Of a stretch of DNA of 64,000 bases, positions 57,789 to 64,000 are shown one piece after another. The position numbers were made by a program, and so were the translations under genes. The notes under the pieces are model-generated. The model worked only from the letters and a program-made list of their open reading frames with translations, had not been told where the DNA came from and searched no databases. Each line of letters starts with the position of its first letter. Position 1 is the stretch's first letter. Source of the stretch: Monocercomonoides exilis PA203 (taxonomy: Eukaryota > Protista > Preaxostyla); NCBI GenBank assembly GCA_001643675.2, contig LSRY02000028.1, positions 372,001 through 436,000 on the forward strand, written 5' to 3'.

Positions 57789-60536
57789 TCATATAACTTC
57801 GGGGAATCCATCTCTGATATATCCTGCATTTCTTAATTTCAAATGGTAAAGGCGAGGATCATCAGTTTCCTTCACAAATTGTCTCAACTTTCTTTCTTTT
57901 GCTTTTTGATTGGTGCTGTCTTCTGTAACAGCACTTTCAGTTCTTTCACCACTTCTTTCTCTATTCTCATTCGCCCAGCTGCTGTTGTCACCACCTTGAA
58001 CATATTGTGCGTAGTTAGTTTTTGTTAAACTGTCCCATCGAGCAACATCAGATGGGTTGAAAGGAATTGCTGGAAATGAAATCTGAGGGGATGGTGGAAT
58101 GAGAGACGTCTGAGGTGGATCGTGAAGCTGGGCCATTAGCGATAGAGACGAAATTGGTGGGAAAAGACCAGCTTGATCCGATGATGGAATTGAACATTCG
58201 CTGTATTGCTCATGCGACGAACAAGAAGCCTTTCCGAGCTGGGGTGTTCTTCGAATACTATTTGAGCTGTTTTTTTGAAGATCGCTCATTGCGACTCCTT
58301 TATGTGTTTCATGATATTTATCTCCTTTCGCTGAATTCATTTCACCACTCTGCAACAGATCAATCCTCTTCTGCCTTTCCTCCTCTTCTTTCCTTCTCTC
58401 GTCCTTCCCTCTAACATCGAGAACAGGAGGCGCTGTTGTGTCAATACTTAGCCTTTTCAGTTTTGTCCATGCAATTGCAGGCGGAATTAGAGGAGGAGGA
58501 GGAGTGCTGCAGAGAATATCGTCCTCCTCGTTTTGTGTGAGCGATGGAACATCGTTCGACACACCTTCTTTTTTCTCTCCCTCGTTTTTATCCGAATTTC
58601 TGCAATTCTTCTTTTCATTTGCACTTCTTGTTCTTTCAATAGCTGCCAAAGAACCAGGATAACGGCAACGACCAGGATCGTCGTCCCACAACAACTGTTG
58701 AGGAGAAGGTGTTGGAAATAAATGGGATACATTGTCAGGGGGATGAGTGTTTGATGGGGTCAAGCGCGAACTGCTTGATGGAAGCAGTAGTGATGGTACT
58801 GAAGCAAATGCAGGACGCTTTTCAATAACATGAACATCATTAGCTTCACAACCATCCAGTAAATCTTGTGGATGCTGTTGTGAATCCCATCTAGTACTCC
58901 AATTATTTGATCTTTTTGATGTGTCTTTTTCCGCCTCATCATTTTTCGAAAGAACAGCCGATGACGCGGTGAAATGTTGCTTTAGCAAAAAATCTCTTTC
59001 TTTACTCACACGAGATACAAATGCTGGATGAAGTCGTTTAATGATCGTTTTTTGAGGCGATCTCCCTTTTTCTTGTGGGATTGATGGGCTAATGAACGAT
59101 TTTTCCTGTTGCAATGTAAATTCCGATCCTTTCGAAGAATGTGAATGTGGAAGATGATGATTTTCTTTATGAAGAGATGATTGCGGACTAGTTGCAGAAC
59201 TTCGAAGAAACGAATTCAGTGGTGATATTTCAAATTCATCTGCGCTGCTTCCACTGAGAACTTTCCGAGGTTCGTTAGGCAGAGGCTGTTCTCTCAAAAA
59301 AGTTTGAGCCGAAGAAGGAAAAGCAAAGCTCTTTGGCTGAAGGTGTGATTGCGGAGGAGAAGGGATTAATTCGAGTTGCTCGTCAACTTGTGAAATGATT
59401 TCGTTAAGGGCTGCCTCGAATGATGAAATGTGTTCGTGTAATGCAGAATATTGAGAAAAAAATGATTGAGTTGAAGATTTTTTTGGTAAAGATGTTTGAA
59501 TAAAAGTTTGTGGTGTGGAAATATGACTGCGAGTTTGCTCAACGCCTTCATCCAAAAAGTTGGAATCGCTCCTTATCCTTCGAATAGGAGAAAATCTACT
59601 TTGACTTTTTGGACGGCTTTTGGGTGACTCGCTTTGTGTAGGAGAAAATTTGGATTGTTGATGGCTGGGCTTGAACTTTTTTTCAGGAGAACTTAAACAA
59701 GATTCCTTTTGCCAATTACGCGTTTGTTTATTATGAAAACGATAGCTGCTCGAATGAACTTGTTGATGCGATGATTCCTTGTTTGGTGAAATATGCGCTT
59801 TTCTTGAATTTTTTGGGTGTGGTGAATGGTGAAATGATCGATTCTTTTTCTTTCGCATCAATTGTGAAAGAAGTGGATGCTTCAATGCTTTTGGAGATGG
59901 CTTCAAAGAACTGATTGCAGAATGCGTAGATTTAGCTGTCAATTCTTTTGAATAATAACTATGGTCATGCGAGTGACCGAGAGATGACGAAAGTCGAGTT
60001 GGTGAAATTCTTTTGTGGTTCGACGAGCTAAACTTTGGACTTTGCCTCTTTTTCGGCTTATGAGGAGATTTTTGCTTTGGAGTCATTTCAGAATGGTTTG
60101 AATGAACAATCGATGTTGAAAGCTCGACTTTTTGAGGTGAATGATCTGTAATTTTTGAATGAAAAAGCGATTTTGCCGAACTGTTTAAAGAAATGCCCAT
60201 CAACCAATCTCCAATCTCATCTTTATTCATTCCCAGGGAATAATCTTCGTCATGGCTTTCCTTTTCAGCTTTTTCATCTCTTTTATCTGATTCACTCTGA
60301 TCCGATCCATCACGAGAATCGCTTCTTCTATTTCTCTTTCTTTGTTCTTCCCTTCGTGCTTCTTCTGCTTTTTCCATCAAATCAGGTGGAGGAGGTCGAT
60401 GAGGAGTTTGCTGATTATCTTTTGTAGTTTTTTCATTCGAACTCAATTTGAATTCATTTTGTACAAAATCATTGTAATATAGGTCATTCAGTGCAGACGA
60501 ATTACTCTTGATTTCCTGAGAATTATCGTCCTGCAT
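57789..60536 (-). CDS. Hypothetical low-complexity Ser/Pro/His/Lys-rich protein (~915 aa)
   Basis: Single long ORF; likely start MQDDNSQEIK at 60536. Many SP/SPK motifs and no recognisable domain. Confidence 0.65.
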   Translation of the reverse strand: MQDDNSQEIKSNSSALNDLYYNDFVQNEFKLSSNEKTTKDNQQTPHRPPPPDLMEKAEEARREEQRKRNRRSDSRDGSDQSESDKRDEKAEKESHDEDYSLGMNKDEIGDWLMGISLNSSAKSLFHSKITDHSPQKVELSTSIVHSNHSEMTPKQKSPHKPKKRQSPKFSSSNHKRISPTRLSSSLGHSHDHSYYSKELTAKSTHSAISSLKPSPKALKHPLLSQLMRKKKNRSFHHSPHPKNSRKAHISPNKESSHQQVHSSSYRFHNKQTRNWQKESCLSSPEKKFKPSHQQSKFSPTQSESPKSRPKSQSRFSPIRRIRSDSNFLDEGVEQTRSHISTPQTFIQTSLPKKSSTQSFFSQYSALHEHISSFEAALNEIISQVDEQLELIPSPPQSHLQPKSFAFPSSAQTFLREQPLPNEPRKVLSGSSADEFEISPLNSFLRSSATSPQSSLHKENHHLPHSHSSKGSEFTLQQEKSFISPSIPQEKGRSPQKTIIKRLHPAFVSRVSKERDFLLKQHFTASSAVLSKNDEAEKDTSKRSNNWSTRWDSQQHPQDLLDGCEANDVHVIEKRPAFASVPSLLLPSSSSRLTPSNTHPPDNVSHLFPTPSPQQLLWDDDPGRCRYPGSLAAIERTRSANEKKNCRNSDKNEGEKKEGVSNDVPSLTQNEEDDILCSTPPPPLIPPAIAWTKLKRLSIDTTAPPVLDVRGKDERRKEEEERQKRIDLLQSGEMNSAKGDKYHETHKGVAMSDLQKNSSNSIRRTPQLGKASCSSHEQYSECSIPSSDQAGLFPPISSLSLMAQLHDPPQTSLIPPSPQISFPAIPFNPSDVARWDSLTKTNYAQYVQGGDNSSWANENRERSGERTESAVTEDSTNQKAKERKLRQFVKETDDPRLYHLKLRNAGYIRDGFPEVI

Positions 60537-60789
60537 CTCAAAGTCAAACTTAAATTTTTGATCTAATTTCAAATAACATTTTTTCTCAAACAAAAAAATT
60601 AAAGATATGTTTTGTATTTTAAACGATGAATTCAGAATCAAGCAAACAATCAATAAGAGACAAATAAAAATGCCCATTACAAAAAATTGAATTTCAAAAA
60701 AGGATTCCTTCTTTATGAATACAAATGAATGTGCGTTAATTTCAAGAGATCAAAGAGAAGTTGAACGATTAAAATATTTTTCGAAAGAA

Positions 60790-63678
60790 ATGAATTTCGA
60801 AAGAATTGAAAATGGCTCTGAATTTGTAATGTGCCATTTACGGCAAAAGAAACGAGAAAACAAACTTCATTCTTTTAGAGTTTCGAATGAAACAATAAAA
60901 AGTTTTGATTCTGATAGTTTTGTATGCTATTTTTACCCTGGACAAAACCTTTGACCTTTCTGCATTCAGAAAAAAAGAATTTTGGAATTAATACAGAATC
61001 TTGAAACAAGCGATGAAGAGAATCTTGAAAACACATTACCCTCCCTAAGAAGAATTATAGGATGTGTGCTTTTTATTGAACTTATTTTTTATTATGCGTT
61101 TTGATATTTTGGTAAAAGCAAATATATTTTGTGCAAATTTTGCTTATTCTTGCAATATTTTAGAATGTATTTCTTCAATTTTGGCTTGTAGTCATCGGTG
61201 CTTTATCATTGTGTGATGTGAATCTGTATTTTTGGTTTTCAATTTAATGTCAAAAAATTGAAAAATTTAGGAAATAACACTTGAAATCATTATTAACCTT
61301 GGTTTGCTGAATTAAAAAGATTGAATTTGCTTAAATCTTAATATCAATATATTTCTTATCGAATGATCATTATATGAATTTGAATTCTCTGTTTTATTTT
61401 GTGTTTCCAGTCAAATATGAAAATCGGGAAATAATAAATTCCGTTGTTTTTTCTCCAATTTTCGGTTATTTTGCAGAGTTTCTAACAAAGCAAAGGACCC
61501 AATCAATAACAAAGAGTACAATCACAATTATTCATCTTTGCGCCTCATCCTCAAAGGATTGTCAGAAATGGATTCTAAGAAATAGAATTCATGATTGCAT
61601 CATATCCCTTTTTAGAACATGTTTTGTAACGCTTCAACTGCCGGTCATATCATCAAGTGGAAAAGAGCAAGAGCTGTCTCTTATCCCAATTGCAATAACG
61701 CATTCCGCAGATGTTTATGTGCAATGCATTTATTTTTTGCGCGAAATGTCAAATATATTGGAAGACGATAGTATAACCTCATCTGCAGATATGCTATCAT
61801 CTTCGTCAACTCCCTTTCCACCAACTTCGCCTCAAGTTGCTGCAGACCCCCAACAGTTTATCAATGTTGACCAACTTCGCTCTGGGATGCGCTCCACACT
61901 TATTCCTTTGGTGTTGTGGCTTCTTCAGGATGACATCTCTCCATCTGTTGTTGAGGCTATCATGCAAATAGTTGCAAAAATCGTAAAGAACGACAGACAT
62001 AGCACGAATTTGCTGTGCAATTCGCAGCTCTGCACAAGCGATGTAATTTCAACAGGCTCTCACCCTGTTGCTGCGTCTTCTTTGTCTGCAATTGACGTTT
62101 TACTCACTTGCGGATTTGCTCAGGAAGTGACCGTTAACAACTATGGGATTTTGGATGTTTTGTGCGTAGTTCAATCCATTCTCTCTTGCAACAACCCCTC
62201 ATGGAACAAGGAATGATAATTTATGACTTTTTATGAGCATTCTGATGTATTTGTTAATTCTGCTTTTGTTTTAAAAATAAATATATGTCACTTTGTTTGG
62301 ATTGTGTTTTCAGATTATGGCGGGATGTGGATTATATCCATTTGTTGTTGGATGCTTGTTTTCGTCTTCCGCTGAAACGATAAGTGAAGCTTTGACAATT
62401 ATTGAGTTTTTGTCGTCAAACGATGAAGAGTTTTCAATCTATGTCGCAGAGAAATCTTTACTGACTGTTTTTTCAAGAATGTTGATGAACGATATTGATG
62501 GAGACGAAATCAATACGCCAAGAGTAATCTTAACCATCTTCGATGGTGAGATAATTGCAGCAAATAAAAGTTCTTCAGAAGCAGAAAAACAGAATTTGAT
62601 AAGGTATCCCGAGGATAATTACGAGTGTGTCGATTTAAGGAGTCGTTCTATGGCTGAGCAACACAATGATTGTAATCAGGAAAGTGATGGTGAAATGGAA
62701 AATTGTTCATATTCAATTGAAGATAAAGATTTTGACAGAGCCATTCCGTCTGAAGAAGAATCTGAATTAGCAGAAGGCTGCTTTATTGAGAATAGGGATA
62801 TTGATTATGATTGTTTACCGACTGTTGCTCCTCCATCAATGCAGATGGAACAGGAAGATAAATCTCAAATTGAATGTGAAGCAGAGAATTTTCATTGCGA
62901 AGGGATCAAATCGTCTTCGAAAAGCATTCTTCCATGTCAAATAGACATCTCCTTTCAAATTCCGATCTTTAATTGGAACGAGCGAGCCAGAATATGGTCT
63001 GTCATGAGAACTTTAATGCTTAACATCTTTACTCACAAAAATGGATTTCAATCAACAGAAAAGTATTCCAAAGATTCTATTGAAGAGAAGATTGTACAAC
63101 CTCTAAATTATTCATCCACAGCACCTTTTGATAGTCAAACTATTATTACTGTATCTTCTAATTCACATTCAGCATTATCTCTTAATGATTTTATCCAGCA
63201 TCGTGTTATTGTAGCACTTATTTCAACTTTGGAAGAGCTTGCTAGTTTTCAAAACAAGTCAGATTCCTCACAGCTCAATTTCCTCCCAGTTAACATCTTT
63301 GCCCTCCAACTCTTACAAACAATATTAATACTCCTACGAGCAGGAGAAGAAATGCTTGAAAAATTTAATAAAATGGAAGAGCAGAAATCCATGATGCAAT
63401 CATCTTTGGATACGAATGAAACAACTTTTATAAATTCATTTTCTTCCTCGTCAGACGAATCATATGATTTATTCAAGAATAAACCCCTTTGTGATCTTTG
63501 CCTAAATTACACTAACATTAATACACTTAATTATTTTTGTCGCAGCAAAGACAAGAACTTAGCTGAAGTAGCGAATATGATCTGTTCTCGGTGGATAGAA
63601 AGGGTAACAACACTTGTTATGTGCGACTCTGATAGTGAATGGGAAGATGTTATTGATTCCCTAATAACCAATGGATGA
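60790..63678 (+). CDS. Divergent ARM/HEAT-repeat protein, possibly importin-alpha-like, multi-exon
   Basis: N-terminal LRQKKRENKLHSFR resembles an IBB motif; helical repeat-like exons 61374..62216 and 62293..63678; C-terminal ILLRAGEE...NLAEVANMICSRWIE...acidic tail parallels the importin-alpha end. The product call is tentative. Confidence 0.5.
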
Positions 63679-64000
63679 ACATACATGCAAATGAAAAACA
63701 GTTATTTTTTTGATGATCAGTTACCCAGTATTTTTATATACGGATGAGTTCAGAAGAAAAAATTTCAACTTCTGCGAGTAAATCCGAAAAGAAAGAGGAT
63801 GAGAAAATAATAAGCGAGAAAAAAGAAAAGGAAAAAGCAAAAGCTGGAGCTGTGCCTTCACAAGTTTGAAAAAATCAAAACTTTTTCAAAAGAACTTATT
63901 TTTCGCATTGTTCCATGCAAATTGCTGCTCAAAATAAATGTGAAAAAAAAGCAGAAGAAGGAAGATAAGTCAGCACAAAAAGAAGATATTCAGTCTTCAT

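Overview
AT-rich, intron-containing eukaryotic DNA that uses the standard code (TAA stops directly follow ER-retention tetrapeptides). It is most likely from an oxymonad such as Monocercomonoides, inferred from a lineage-typical hypothetical gene family, poly-Ser expansions and GTTTGT/GTATGT donors. Host genes: a giant CFAP54-like ORF running off the left edge (absent from the ORF track), a coiled-coil protein, a lineage-specific family member, an ER FKBP, a ~3,260-aa protein whose Zn(II)2Cys6 domain is split over three small exons, IFT140, MTR4, CAP/Srv2, a PP5-like phosphatase, an enlarged GRP94, a lebercilin-like coiled-coil protein, a low-complexity protein and a divergent importin-alpha-like ARM protein. 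There are two DNA-transposon hotspots. (i) 12-16 kb: a foldback MITE, plus a decayed pogo-like element interrupted by a young long-TIR element. (ii) 53.4-57.5 kb, the most striking locus: a perfect 700-bp palindromic element, a non-autonomous element and an intact IS5/PIF-Harbinger-type (DDE_Tnp_4) element are stacked at one ACT target 6-8 nt upstream of a tRNA-like gene. That gene has an abnormal 15-nt anticodon loop that literally reads UUA. All calls were made by eye; no searches were run.
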